From: an uncultured Roseateles sp.
GTDB lineage: Bacteria > Pseudomonadota > Gammaproteobacteria > Burkholderiales > Burkholderiaceae_C
NCBI GenBank assembly: GCA_963422335.1
Contig: OY729424.1
Coordinates: forward strand, 6,473,974 to 6,537,973
Direction: 5' to 3'
Length of the DNA: 64,000 nt
Below are positions 28,655 through 38,271 of this stretch, piece by piece. The notes under the pieces are model-generated. The model saw only the letters and a program-made list of their open reading frames with translations, was not told the DNA's origin and did no database searches. A program made the position numbers and the translations under genes. Positions within the stretch are counted from its first letter, which is position 1, and every line of letters begins with the position of its first letter.

Positions 28655-31294
28655 TCAAGCAAGGGGGGCGATCTCGGCGGCCAGTTGCGCGATCGAGAAT
28701 GGCTTGCTCAGATAGGCGTCAAAACCCCCGGCCAGAAAGCGCTCGCGGTCGCCCGGCATGGCATGGGCAGTCATGGCAATGATGCGGGCCCGCGGCTGGT
28801 CTTGCGCAGCCTCCAGCGCACGGCGGCGGCCCAGCACCTCGACACCATCGAGGTGCGGCATCTGGATGTCCATCAGCACCAGATCAAAACCGTCATGCTC
28901 CAGCAGCGCCCAGGCCTGCTGGCCGTCCTCGGCCATGGTCAGCTCGCCGCCCAGGCTTTCGACCACCGCCTGCACGACCAGGCGGTTGACCGCATTGTCT
29001 TCGGCCAGCAGCACGCGCTTGCCGCGCAGCAGGGCGGCATGGACTGGCCCCGGTGCCGGCTGCGGCGGGCCGGCCGCCGGGTCGCCGCAGCCCGCGCCTG
29101 GGCTTTGCAAGGCCTGCAGCAGATCCGGCGGCAGCACCGGCATGGCCAGGCGCTGCAGCGGCCCCAGGCCCGACGCCACCGGGCTCAGGCCCAGGTCCAG
29201 CCCCTGCAGCACCAGCAGACGCCGCGCCGGCACCTGGCCCTGCCAGCGTTGCAGCAGGGCCAGCACCTCGGCCGGGAGCTCGGTGGCCGAGCCGCAGTCC
29301 AGCACCAGGCTGTCGAAGGCGTCGGTGGCGGTGGCGCCGGGGGCCAGCAACTCCAGCTGGGCGCCCCAACGCCGCAGCAGGCCGGGCAGGAAGTCCGAGG
29401 CCGGTGGCCGCAGCGCCAGCCAGGCAATGCGCCGGCCGGCCAGCGGCAACGCCGACTCGGCCTGAGCAGCCCCCTGATGGCCCAGCGGCAGCGCGAACTC
29501 GAAGCTGCTGCCCCGGCCGGGCTGGCTGTCCAGCCGCAGCTGCCCACCCATCAGCTCGACCAGGCGCTGGCTGATGGTCAGCCCCAGGCCGGTGCCGCCA
29601 TAGCGCCGCGTGGTCGAGTCGTCGCCCTGGGCAAAGGCCTCGAACACGCGCTGCTGGCGCTCCGGCGCGATGCCGGGGCCGGTGTCGCGCACGGCGCAGA
29701 AGGTGGTCTGGCCGGGCCCGGGCGTGACCACCAGCAAGACCCGCCCCTGCTCGGTGAACTTGCAGGCATTGCCCAGCAGATTGGCCAGCACCTGGCGCAG
29801 CCGGGCTGGGTCGCCCCAGGCCCAGCGCGTGATCTCGGGCGCCAGCTGCAGCTCGAACGCCAGGCCCTTGGCCTGGGCGGTGCTGGCCGTCGACTGGCTG
29901 AGTTCGCGCAGCAGGGCATGCAGATCGAAGCGCGCACGCTCGATGCTCATGCCGCCGGCGTCTATCTTGGACAGGTCCAGCACCTCGTTGACGATGGCCA
30001 GCAGCGCGTCGGCCGAGGTCCGCGCCACCTGCAGGTACTCGCGCTGACGCGGCTGCAACGCCGAGGCCAGCACCAGATCGGTCATGCCCATGATGCCGTT
30101 GATGGGGGTACGGATCTCGTGGCTGATATTGGCCAGGAAGCGGCTCTTGGCCTCGCTGGCCTGCTCGGCACGGTGCAGGGCATCGCGCAGGGCCACCTCG
30201 CCGCGGCGCATGGCGGTGATGTCGGTGGCCACACACAGCACCTGCAGCACGCCATCGGCCAGGCGCAGCGGCCGCTTCACCGACCAGACCACGCGCTCGA
30301 CGCCACCGACCACCATACGGTCTTCCTGCTCATGGGTGGCGCCGGTTTCCAGCACGGCGCGGTCGGCGGCGATCCAGCGCTGCACCTCGGCAGGGTCCGG
30401 GTGCACCTCAAATGGCGTGCGGCCCAGCATCTCGGCCTCGCTGAGTCCGCATATCTCGCAGTAGGCGCGGTTCACCAGCACATAGCGCTGGGCCTGGTCC
30501 TTGACGAAGACCATGCTGGGCGAGGTGTCGGTCACCGCACGCAGCAGCTCCATGCTGCGCTGGGCCTGCTGCTCGGCGCGGCGCAGATCGGTGACCTCGA
30601 CCGTGGTGGTCAAGATCAGCGGCGTGACAAAGCCCGGCAGTTCCACCAGGATCTTGGAGACGCGCTGGTAGCGCTCTTCGTCGAGGCCAAAGGCCTGGCG
30701 GGTCTCGAAATCGGCGCTGACCGGCTGGCCGGTGGCCAGCACCTGGGCATCCAGCCCCGCCATCTGCTGCTGCACCAGGGTGGACACGGCCGCCATCGTG
30801 CGCCCCTCCAACTGCTGCGGCGTCTGGCCGACACGCTGGGCGGTGTAGCGATTCACCAGCTTGAGCTCGCCGCGCGGCGTTTTCAGCGACAGGCCGAAGG
30901 GCAGCTGGTCGATCAGGCTGCGCCAGGCGCCCGGGGCATGGGCTTCGCTCAGCGGCAGCGCATCGGGCAGCAGCCCCATGTCGGCAGCGCAAACCAGCAG
31001 CAGGCGTTCGCCATCCGCGCCGCTGAGCGCCAGCCGGGTGACGCGCCAGCAGCGGTTCTCGGTGGCATTGAATTCATCGCGCACATCGGCCGGGCCGTCG
31101 ACGATCAGCCGGCTCTCGATGTCCTGCCGGGCCTGATCGGTGCGGCCCTGCAGCTCGGCGGCTGGCGTGCCCAGTGCCTCGGCGGCGGCCCGGTTCAGCC
31201 ACAGCAGCTCACCCTGCGCGTTCTTCAGCGTCAGGCGCAGCGGCAGGGCATCCAGCAGCGCCGGCAGCAGGCTTGGGGGCAGATCCGGGGTCAT
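28655..31294 (-). CDS. Cytoplasmic multi-PAS hybrid sensor kinase (PAS x3 - HisKA - HATPase - pseudo-REC - REC)
   Basis: 879 aa. H-box: FLANISHEIRTPINGI. ATPase: DTGPGI...GTGLGLTI. REC: RVLLAEDNAVN...LVLMDIQMPHLDG...KP. Confidence 0.85.
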   Translation of the reverse strand: MTPDLPPSLLPALLDALPLRLTLKNAQGELLWLNRAAAEALGTPAAELQGRTDQARQDIESRLIVDGPADVRDEFNATENRCWRVTRLALSGADGERLLLVCAADMGLLPDALPLSEAHAPGAWRSLIDQLPFGLSLKTPRGELKLVNRYTAQRVGQTPQQLEGRTMAAVSTLVQQQMAGLDAQVLATGQPVSADFETRQAFGLDEERYQRVSKILVELPGFVTPLILTTTVEVTDLRRAEQQAQRSMELLRAVTDTSPSMVFVKDQAQRYVLVNRAYCEICGLSEAEMLGRTPFEVHPDPAEVQRWIAADRAVLETGATHEQEDRMVVGGVERVVWSVKRPLRLADGVLQVLCVATDITAMRRGEVALRDALHRAEQASEAKSRFLANISHEIRTPINGIMGMTDLVLASALQPRQREYLQVARTSADALLAIVNEVLDLSKIDAGGMSIERARFDLHALLRELSQSTASTAQAKGLAFELQLAPEITRWAWGDPARLRQVLANLLGNACKFTEQGRVLLVVTPGPGQTTFCAVRDTGPGIAPERQQRVFEAFAQGDDSTTRRYGGTGLGLTISQRLVELMGGQLRLDSQPGRGSSFEFALPLGHQGAAQAESALPLAGRRIAWLALRPPASDFLPGLLRRWGAQLELLAPGATATDAFDSLVLDCGSATELPAEVLALLQRWQGQVPARRLLVLQGLDLGLSPVASGLGPLQRLAMPVLPPDLLQALQSPGAGCGDPAAGPPQPAPGPVHAALLRGKRVLLAEDNAVNRLVVQAVVESLGGELTMAEDGQQAWALLEHDGFDLVLMDIQMPHLDGVEVLGRRRALEAAQDQPRARIIAMTAHAMPGDRERFLAGGFDAYLSKPFSIAQLAAEIAPLA

Positions 31295-31350
31295 GCGGCA
31301 TTTTCGGCCCGGACCCGGCCGCCGCCGCGGCGAAAAGTCACACTTGGCCG

Positions 31351-32541
31351 TCAGGCCTGAGCCATCTCGGCCAGGGCCGGGGCCACCGCCTCGCTGGGCA
31401 CGACGCGGTTGCGCCCCAGGGCCTTGGCCCGGTACAGCGCGCGGTCGGCCTCGCGGTAGAGCTGTTCGCCGCTGACACTCCCGCCGACCGGGACCACTGC
31501 CACCCCGGCAGAAACGGTAACCGCCACCGGCAGGCCCTCGGCATTGCGCACCCGCGCCAGCTCTATCGCCTGACGCACGCTCTCGGCCACATGCTCGGCG
31601 CCGGCGGCATCGGTATTGGGCAGCACCAGGGCGAACTCCTCGCCGCCCAGGCGGCCCACCACGTCACCGTTGCGCAGCCGCTGCTTGATCGTGGCGACGA
31701 CGGCCCTGAGCACCGCATCACCGGTGCTGTGCCCATGCTGGTCATTGACGCGCTTGAAGTGATCGAGATCCAGCGCCACAAAGGCCAGTGGCTGGGCTTC
31801 GCGCCGGCAGCGCGCCAGCGCATGGGCCAGCATCGCATCGGTGGTGGCGCGGTTCAGGCAGCCGGTCAAGCCGTCCAGGGTGGCCAGCAACTCCATGCGC
31901 TGCGCCAGCCGCTCGAAGCTGGCCAGCACAAAGCCGAAGCCCGCACCGAGCACGCACAGGAAGGCGATCAGAAAGGTCAAGGCCTGACCCAGGCTGGACT
32001 GGGTCAGGTTGGCGTAGTCCTGCGGGCTGACAAGGGAGTGGACGGTGCGAAACAGCAGCGTCGCGGCGGCCAGGGCCAGGGTCACCCCGACGGTGCGCAG
32101 CGAGCGCTCGGCCCGCCAGCCGTGCGCCCAGATCACCTGCACCGCAGGCAGCAGGGCGGCGGCCAGCACGGCAGAGACGACCGGCGAGCGCTGACTCAGC
32201 GACTGGAACATGACGGACAGCAGAATCAGCACGCCGCCGCCCAGAATCCCCCAGACCCAGCGGGGCGCTGGCCGGTCCAGCAGAAAGCGGTACAGCGCCT
32301 GGGTGTGCAGGCTCATGCCCAGCAGGATTAGGCCATTGCCGGCCACCACCGACACCGGCATCGGCACCAGCACCCGTGCCGCCAGCATCAGGAAACCGCC
32401 CAGCAAGGCCCAGGAGCCGTGCGTCCAGCTGCGCAGATCCCGGCCGTGGTGACGCCCGCCCAGGGCCACCGCCAAGACAACGGACAAGAGCAGATACCCC
32501 AGCAAAAGGGTCAACATCAGGGTCGGGATGTCCAGGCTCAT
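31351..32541 (-). CDS. Membrane-bound diguanylate cyclase (multi-TM sensor + GGDEF)
   Basis: The track start 32592 is TTG. ATG 32541 has an AAGGAGAG Shine-Dalgarno (MSLDIPTLMLTLLLGY...). The active site reads RLGGEEFALVL, and DHFKRVNDQHGH lies upstream of it. Confidence 0.85.
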   Translation of the reverse strand: MSLDIPTLMLTLLLGYLLLSVVLAVALGGRHHGRDLRSWTHGSWALLGGFLMLAARVLVPMPVSVVAGNGLILLGMSLHTQALYRFLLDRPAPRWVWGILGGGVLILLSVMFQSLSQRSPVVSAVLAAALLPAVQVIWAHGWRAERSLRTVGVTLALAAATLLFRTVHSLVSPQDYANLTQSSLGQALTFLIAFLCVLGAGFGFVLASFERLAQRMELLATLDGLTGCLNRATTDAMLAHALARCRREAQPLAFVALDLDHFKRVNDQHGHSTGDAVLRAVVATIKQRLRNGDVVGRLGGEEFALVLPNTDAAGAEHVAESVRQAIELARVRNAEGLPVAVTVSAGVAVVPVGGSVSGEQLYREADRALYRAKALGRNRVVPSEAVAPALAEMAQA

Positions 32542-32649
32542 CGGTGCGGTCACTCTCCTTTGGACCGCTATTGTCGGGGGGATTGGTGACAAGCCGGGTC
32601 GCGTGTGCGGCTACAGTGCTTATTTGATTCAAGCAGCAAGGAATTCAGC

Positions 32650-33501
32650 ATGAGCACAATTCAAACCGTGGGCATCATCGGTGCCGGCACCATGGGCAAC
32701 GGCATTGCACAGGCCTGTGCGGTACGCGGCATCCAGGTCGTGATGGTGGACATCAACGAGGCCGCCGTGCAGCGTGGCCTGGCCACCGTGGCCGGCAGCC
32801 TGGACAGGCTGATCAAGAAGGAGAAGATCACGGCCGCCGACAAGGACGCCGCGCTGGCCCTGATCACCCCAAGCACCGACTATGCCGCGCTGCAGGGCGC
32901 CCAGCTGGTGATTGAGGCAGCAACCGAGAACGAGGCGCTGAAGATCAAGATCCTGCAGCAGCTCGACGCGCTGCTGGCCCCCGAGGTGATAGTCGCCACC
33001 AACACCTCGTCGATCTCGATCACCAAGCTGGCCGCGGTGACCCAGCGCGCCGACCGCTTCATCGGCATGCACTTCTTCAACCCGGTGCCGATGATGGCCC
33101 TGGTGGAAATCATCCGCGGCCTGCAGACCAGCGACGCCACACACGACGCGGTCAAGGCGCTGGCCGAGCGCCTGGGCAAGTCGCCGATCACGGTGAAGAA
33201 CGCGCCCGGCTTCGTCGTCAACCGCATCCTTGTGCCCATGATCAACGAGGCTTTCTTCGTGCTGGCCGAGGGCCTGGCGACGCCGGAGGACATCGACGCC
33301 GGCATGAAGCTGGGCTGCAACCAGCCCATCGGTCCGCTGGCCCTGGCCGACATGATTGGTCTGGACGTCTGCCTGGCGGTGATGGAGGTCTATGTCAACG
33401 AGTTCGCCGACTCCAAGTACCGCCCGGCGCCGCTGCTCAAGGAAATGGTCGCCGCCGGCTGGCTGGGCCGCAAGAGCGGACGCGGCGTGTACCGCTACTG
33501 A
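32650..33501 (+). CDS. hbd: 3-hydroxybutyryl-CoA / 3-hydroxyacyl-CoA dehydrogenase
   Basis: ATG 32650 with an AAGGA Shine-Dalgarno: MSTIQTVGIIGAGTMGNGIAQ (Rossmann fold). Further motifs: NTSSISIT, HFFNPVPMM. 283 aa. Confidence 0.9.
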   Translation: MSTIQTVGIIGAGTMGNGIAQACAVRGIQVVMVDINEAAVQRGLATVAGSLDRLIKKEKITAADKDAALALITPSTDYAALQGAQLVIEAATENEALKIKILQQLDALLAPEVIVATNTSSISITKLAAVTQRADRFIGMHFFNPVPMMALVEIIRGLQTSDATHDAVKALAERLGKSPITVKNAPGFVVNRILVPMINEAFFVLAEGLATPEDIDAGMKLGCNQPIGPLALADMIGLDVCLAVMEVYVNEFADSKYRPAPLLKEMVAAGWLGRKSGRGVYRY

Positions 33502-35627
33502 AACTGGTAGAGCGCCTCGACGAACCAGTTGCGGCGCGCCAGCGGCAGGTCGTTCGGCAAGGTGCCGCCGGCCAGGCTGGGCTCGCGTGCGGCGACATTG
33601 AACAGATTGCGCACCGCCGCCGTCAGCGTCAGGCCCTTGGCGCCGAGGCGCCGGCGCAGATTCAGATCGACGGTGCGGTAGTCGGCAATCGGCGGGCGCG
33701 CATCACCGGGCGCACGCCGGCGGTCACTCACCGCATTGAGCAACGCGCCCAGCTGCCAATCGCCATTCACGCTCCAGTCGGCGCGAGCAAAGACATGGCG
33801 GTGCGGTGCATAGCCGGCGTCCAGGCCGGTGGCCGCATCGACCGAGCGCTGCTGCGACAGCTGGGCGCTCAGATGCAGATCACGCCGCGCCTCCCATTGC
33901 GCCTCCAGCTCGAAGCCTTCGCCGCGCTGTCGCCCGAGGTTTTGATAGGTCGCCCCGGGCGCCGGCGCCGGATTGGGCACCACGCCGATCAACTCGCTGA
34001 GCTGGTGCCTGAACAGGTTCAGACGCACCAGCAGCTCGGGACGGGCCTGCCAGTCGAAGGCCAGCTCGCGGCTGCGCATGCGCTCCGGCCGCAGACCCGG
34101 ATTGCCGGTGGTCACCGGGTTGGTCGAGAACTGCTCGTTGAACGAGGGCGCGCGGAAAGCCTGGCCGTAGAGCAGCTTGGCCGTCAGGTTGTAGGCCGGC
34201 TCCCAGACCAGGGCCAGGCGAGGATTGGTGGCGCCGCCAAAGTCCGAATAGCGGTCGTGGCGCAGACCGGCGGTCAGCGTCCAGTCGGGTGCAAAACGCC
34301 ATTCGTCCTGCAGGTAGACGAAGCGGTTGCGCCGGCTGGCGGTCGGAATATGCGGCTGGATGCCGCTGTAGTCGATGACCGGTCCGGTGGGTATCGGCAC
34401 ACCGGCGGCATTGAGCAGAAAGTTCTTGTAGGTCGTGCTGGCATAGAGCTCCAGCCGGTCAAACCCCAGGCCCAGCCGCAGGGCATGGCGGCGCCAGCCG
34501 GTGTAGCTGGCAAAGGCCGAGGCATGGAGCTGGCGCTCCCAGCGGTTGGGGCCACCTATCATGCCCTGGGGAAAGACACTCGCGCCGATGCGCGTACCGA
34601 CCGGGAACAGCACGATGCCTCCAGGCGTCTGCTCAGTGTAATAGCTGTGGCTGAGGCTGGCACCGGCGCCCCAGTCGGGACCCAACGCGTTGTCGGCCCA
34701 GGCCAGCTCGGTGGTGCTGCGCTTGGACACCACATAGCTGTCCGGATCCAGCGCCGAATTGATGCCGGCACCGGTGCCGATCTCGGGTCGCCATTGCAGG
34801 CCGTTGCGCAGGCGCCACTGGCCCCAGACCAGATCCAGGGCGGCGTCGATGTCGCGGTGCCCCGTACTCACCGGCCCAGGCGCGCGGCTGGCACGGGTGC
34901 CGAACAGGCGGTCCAGCCGCGTCGCGGCATCGGCGTCGATCAGTTCGCGCTGGCCCTGGGTCTCGCCGGCACGCAGATAGCCGGCCAGCTGCATCGGCCC
35001 CAAGGTGCCGCCATGCTGCAGCCAGACATCCCAGCCGCGGAAGCTGGCCGCGCGCAGCCCCATCTCGGTGCCATGCAACTCGGCCGGACCCTTGGTGATG
35101 ACGTTGATGACACCGGCAAAGGCATCGGCGCCATAGAGGGCCGAACCGGGGCCGCGGATGATCTCGATGCGGGCCACATTCTCCAGCGGCAGATCGGTCC
35201 ATTGCGCGCCCTTGTCGCCGGTGTAGACCGAGGTCATAGGCACGCCATTCCACATCAGCAGCACCTGCGGGCTGGTCGGCGCGGTGAAGGCGCCGCGCAT
35301 CACGTAGTTGGTGACGTAGCCGCCTGTCTTGATGGCCACATGCAGGCCCGGCACCGACTCCAGCACCTGGTCCAGCCCGGTCGCCCCCATGGCGATGATG
35401 TCCTGCGCCGTGATCACGGTGGCGATGGCCGGCGCGCGGCGCAGCGGCTGGGGGCTGCCGGTGGCGATGCTGACCATGGCCGCGTCGCCATAGGCCTGGG
35501 CCAGTTCCTCGTCCGGGGCCGGCGCACCGAAGGCCGCGTTTGCGGCCATCCAACCACAGGCCGCCCAGACGATGCTGAGCAATCGCCGGGGGTTCGGCGC
35601 GCGGCCTTGGATGTGCAACATATGCAC
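33495..35627 (-). CDS. TonB-dependent outer-membrane receptor
   Basis: Signal peptide, then a plug region (ATVITAQDIIAMGATGLDQVLESVPGLHV...IEIIRGPGSALYGADAFAGVINVITK), then a beta-barrel ending ...FVEALYQF. The start is GTG 35627 or ATG 35621. The 3' end overlaps the hbd stop by 7 nt; the genes are convergent. Confidence 0.85.
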   Translation of the reverse strand: MHMLHIQGRAPNPRRLLSIVWAACGWMAANAAFGAPAPDEELAQAYGDAAMVSIATGSPQPLRRAPAIATVITAQDIIAMGATGLDQVLESVPGLHVAIKTGGYVTNYVMRGAFTAPTSPQVLLMWNGVPMTSVYTGDKGAQWTDLPLENVARIEIIRGPGSALYGADAFAGVINVITKGPAELHGTEMGLRAASFRGWDVWLQHGGTLGPMQLAGYLRAGETQGQRELIDADAATRLDRLFGTRASRAPGPVSTGHRDIDAALDLVWGQWRLRNGLQWRPEIGTGAGINSALDPDSYVVSKRSTTELAWADNALGPDWGAGASLSHSYYTEQTPGGIVLFPVGTRIGASVFPQGMIGGPNRWERQLHASAFASYTGWRRHALRLGLGFDRLELYASTTYKNFLLNAAGVPIPTGPVIDYSGIQPHIPTASRRNRFVYLQDEWRFAPDWTLTAGLRHDRYSDFGGATNPRLALVWEPAYNLTAKLLYGQAFRAPSFNEQFSTNPVTTGNPGLRPERMRSRELAFDWQARPELLVRLNLFRHQLSELIGVVPNPAPAPGATYQNLGRQRGEGFELEAQWEARRDLHLSAQLSQQRSVDAATGLDAGYAPHRHVFARADWSVNGDWQLGALLNAVSDRRRAPGDARPPIADYRTVDLNLRRRLGAKGLTLTAAVRNLFNVAAREPSLAGGTLPNDLPLARRNWFVEALYQFQ

Positions 35628-35696
35628 CCGATGGTAAGGGCAAGTCAGGGCCGCGGCACGGCTTTTGGCGGCACTGGTAAACTCCCGCCCGCACTC

Positions 35697-35826
35697 GTCA
35701 TTGGGGAGTAGCCGCTCTGCTCGCAGAGGCCCGCGTCAACACACTTGATCCGCTCAGGATCATGGCGCGGGCAGCCCAGTCAGCCACGGCCCTGCCCGCG
35801 GCCGGCGGCCTGGCAAGACCTTTGAC
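35697..35826 (+). promoter_or_regulatory. yybP-ykoY (Mn2+) riboswitch candidate
   Basis: 5' GTCATTGGGGAGTAGCC ... GTCAACACA ... CCTGGCAAGACCTTTGAC 3'. The conserved GGGGAGUAG and GCAAGACC boxes are closed by a P1 helix (GTCAttGG/CCtttGAC). It lies 72 nt upstream of a UPF0016 gene, a known riboswitch-associated family. The middle helices are GC-rich and ambiguous. Confidence 0.6.
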
Positions 35827-35897
35827 CTCACTGCCTCCGGTTGGGCCGGGGATGCGGTGTGGTCATTGGTATTCGCATCCGGCCCTGGAGACTCTCA

Positions 35898-36470
35898 ATG
35901 GAAGCATTCCTGATATCCACCGGCGTCGTCGCTCTCGGCGAAATGGGTGACAAGACCCAGTTGCTGGCCCTGCTGCTGGCCGCGCGCTTTCGCAAGCCCG
36001 TTCCCATCATCCTCGGCATTCTGGTCGCCACCCTGGTCAACCACGCGATGGCCGGCCTGGTCGGCGAGGGCATTGCCAAGGCCCTGGGCCCGGACTGGCT
36101 GCGCTGGGTCATAGGCCTGTCCTTCCTGGCCATGGCCGGCTGGATGCTGATCCCGGACCGACTCGACGATGAGGCCGAGGGCAGCGACCGCAAGTTCGGC
36201 GTGTTCGGCACCACCGTGCTGGCCTTCTTCCTGGCCGAGATGGGCGACAAGACGCAGATCGCCACCGTCGCCCTGGCTGCCCGCTACGCCGATCTGGTCG
36301 CCGTCGTCGGCGGCAGCACCCTGGGCATGATGCTGGCCAATGTGCCGGTGGTGCTGCTGGGTGATGGCCTGGCCAAGCGCATCTCGATGCCCATCGTGCA
36401 CGGGGTGGCGGCGCTGATCTTTGCGGTGCTGGGGGTGCTGACGCTGTTCAATGTCGGCAAGCTGTTCTAG
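35898..36470 (+). CDS. UPF0016/GDT1 (TMEM165, MneA-like) family cation (Mn2+/Ca2+) transporter
   Basis: ATG 35898 with a GGAG Shine-Dalgarno: MEAFLISTGVVALGEMGDKTQLLALLLAARF. A second E-x-G-D-K-T motif (FFLAEMGDKTQIATVALAA) shows the two-repeat architecture. Confidence 0.85.
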   Translation: MEAFLISTGVVALGEMGDKTQLLALLLAARFRKPVPIILGILVATLVNHAMAGLVGEGIAKALGPDWLRWVIGLSFLAMAGWMLIPDRLDDEAEGSDRKFGVFGTTVLAFFLAEMGDKTQIATVALAARYADLVAVVGGSTLGMMLANVPVVLLGDGLAKRISMPIVHGVAALIFAVLGVLTLFNVGKLF

Positions 36471-36473
36471 CGG

Positions 36474-37181
36474 CTATTGCAGGCTGACGGCATCGACGTC
36501 CAGCAGCGCGGCCAACCGGGTCTGGCCCTTGCGCGTCAGGCGCAGGCCGCGGCTGTCGAGCTCGGGTTGCAGCCAGCCCTGCTCGCACAGGCGCTGCAGC
36601 CAGGCGGCGCCCAGCGCCCCGCCCAGATGGGGCCTGCGTTCGCTCCAGTCCAGGCAGGCGCAGGCAAAGCGGCGGCGTTTGGCCCGCGCCGCGACCACAT
36701 CAACGCCCAGCGCCTGCAAGGCCTGCTCGCCGGCCGCGCTCAGCGCATAGGCGCCGGCCTCGGCCGAACCATCGTCCGGGCTCAGCCAGGCCCGGGCGTG
36801 TGCGTGCTCGTGCAGGAGCACGCCCAGGCGCCCGGCCAGATGGTCGTAGCAGCGCCGGGCCAGGCGCAGCGGCTGCGGCGTGCTCGGCTGGAAGCGCGGC
36901 GCGCTGACGCCGGCCAGCACCAGCAGCGCCTCCAGTGCCCGCGCCACCTCGGGACTGGCGAGCTTGAAGTAGCGGTGCTTGCCCTGGGCCAGCACGTCGA
37001 CCAGATGCTGCTGCTTGAGCCTGGACAGATGGCTGCTGGCCGTCGAGGCGCCGACCTCGCCCACCGCCGCCAGCTCGGTGGCCGTGCGGGCATGGCCGTC
37101 CATCAGGCAGCACAGCATGCGGGCACGGGCCGGGTCGGCGATGGCACCTGCCACCAGCGAGAGTTGCTGATCTGCATTCAT
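36474..37181 (-). CDS. ArsR/SmtB-family winged-helix transcriptional regulator with an extra C-terminal domain
   Basis: LVAGAIADPARARMLCCLMDGHARTATELAAVGEVGASTASSHLSRLKQQHLVDV is an ArsR-type HTH. 235 aa. The gene is divergent from the P450-like gene. Confidence 0.8.
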   Translation of the reverse strand: MNADQQLSLVAGAIADPARARMLCCLMDGHARTATELAAVGEVGASTASSHLSRLKQQHLVDVLAQGKHRYFKLASPEVARALEALLVLAGVSAPRFQPSTPQPLRLARRCYDHLAGRLGVLLHEHAHARAWLSPDDGSAEAGAYALSAAGEQALQALGVDVVAARAKRRRFACACLDWSERRPHLGGALGAAWLQRLCEQGWLQPELDSRGLRLTRKGQTRLAALLDVDAVSLQ

Positions 37182-37233
37182 GCTTCGATGCTAGACGAAG
37201 CGTATTGGTGATGGCAAGTCAATACTGACCCGC

Positions 37234-38271
37234 ATGAACACCCCCATCACCCCGTTGCCGTCGACCACAGGCTTGCAGTTCGACACCGAGCGCCAGCTCT
37301 GGATCGCCTCCCGTCCCGACACCGTGCAGTCCGTGCTGCACCACCCCGGCCTGCGCGTGCGCCCCGCTGCCGAGCCGGTGCCCCAGGTTCTGGTTGGCGG
37401 GCCGGCCGGCACGATGTTCGGCCACTGGTTGCGCATGAACGATGGCGCGGCGCACCAGACCGGCAAACCGGCGCTGCAGGCGGCGCTGCAACGCTGGACC
37501 GATGACCACCAGATCGAGTGGCGGGCGTTGGTGCAGTCGACCGCCGCACGCAGGCTTGTTTACGGCTGGGCCGACTGGATGTGGGTCACGCCCGCCTCCA
37601 GCATGGCGCAGATGCTGGGCGTCGCCGCCGATCGGGCAGATCAGCTGACACCGCTGCTGCGCGCGCTGGCCAGGGGTTTTGCGCCCGCGGCCGACCGCAT
37701 CGCCGCCGAGGCCGCACATGAAGCGGCGCAGACCTTGCAGGCGCTAATTGCGGCCGCAGCACCCAGCCGCCTGCAGCGTGCCATCGAGGCCGAGGGCTGG
37801 AACGACGCAGCGGCCCTGCAGGCCAATCTGGCCGGCCTGATCTGGCAGAGCTTCGAGGCCACGGCCGCCCTGCTGGGCAATGGCCTGGTGGCGCTGGCCC
37901 GCGATGCCGAACTGGCCGGCCAGATGCGCGATCGCGATGCCGACTGGGCGGCCCTGCTGAAGCGCGTCTGCCGCAGCGACGCGCCGATACGGCAGACCCG
38001 CCGCTTTGCGCCGCAGGCGATAGAGGTGGCAGGCACCTTGTTGCCGGCCGGCGCCTGCATCATCGTGATGCTGTCCGGCGCCGGCACATCGACCTTCGGC
38101 CACGGCCCCCACGCCTGCCCCGGGCAAGATCTGGCCCTGCTGATCGCCAGAGCGGCGCTGCAACAGGCGCTGCACAGCGGTGTGCCCTGGCCCGCCATCG
38201 ATGATCTGAGCTACGAACCCGCCGCCAATCTGCGCGCACCCATCTTCGTCAAGCAAAAGGCCTCGACATGA
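37234..38271 (+). CDS. Short cytochrome P450-like protein (345 aa)
   Basis: The heme-thiolate loop FGHGPHACPGQDLA matches FxxGxxxCxG, and an I-helix-like SFEATAALLGN is present. The protein is shorter than typical bacterial P450s. The meander region is very short, and the ExxR position reads RVCR. Confidence 0.7.
   Translation: MNTPITPLPSTTGLQFDTERQLWIASRPDTVQSVLHHPGLRVRPAAEPVPQVLVGGPAGTMFGHWLRMNDGAAHQTGKPALQAALQRWTDDHQIEWRALVQSTAARRLVYGWADWMWVTPASSMAQMLGVAADRADQLTPLLRALARGFAPAADRIAAEAAHEAAQTLQALIAAAAPSRLQRAIEAEGWNDAAALQANLAGLIWQSFEATAALLGNGLVALARDAELAGQMRDRDADWAALLKRVCRSDAPIRQTRRFAPQAIEVAGTLLPAGACIIVMLSGAGTSTFGHGPHACPGQDLALLIARAALQQALHSGVPWPAIDDLSYEPAANLRAPIFVKQKAST

Noticed and set aside
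28685-31360. 891-aa plus-strand ORF opposite the PAS hybrid kinase
   Set aside because: This is the same situation: an antisense shadow with a repetitive Gln/Ala/Gly/Arg composition.
33795-35711. 638-aa plus-strand ORF opposite the TonB-dependent receptor
   Set aside because: It is a shadow ORF. It would also run through the Mn-riboswitch candidate.
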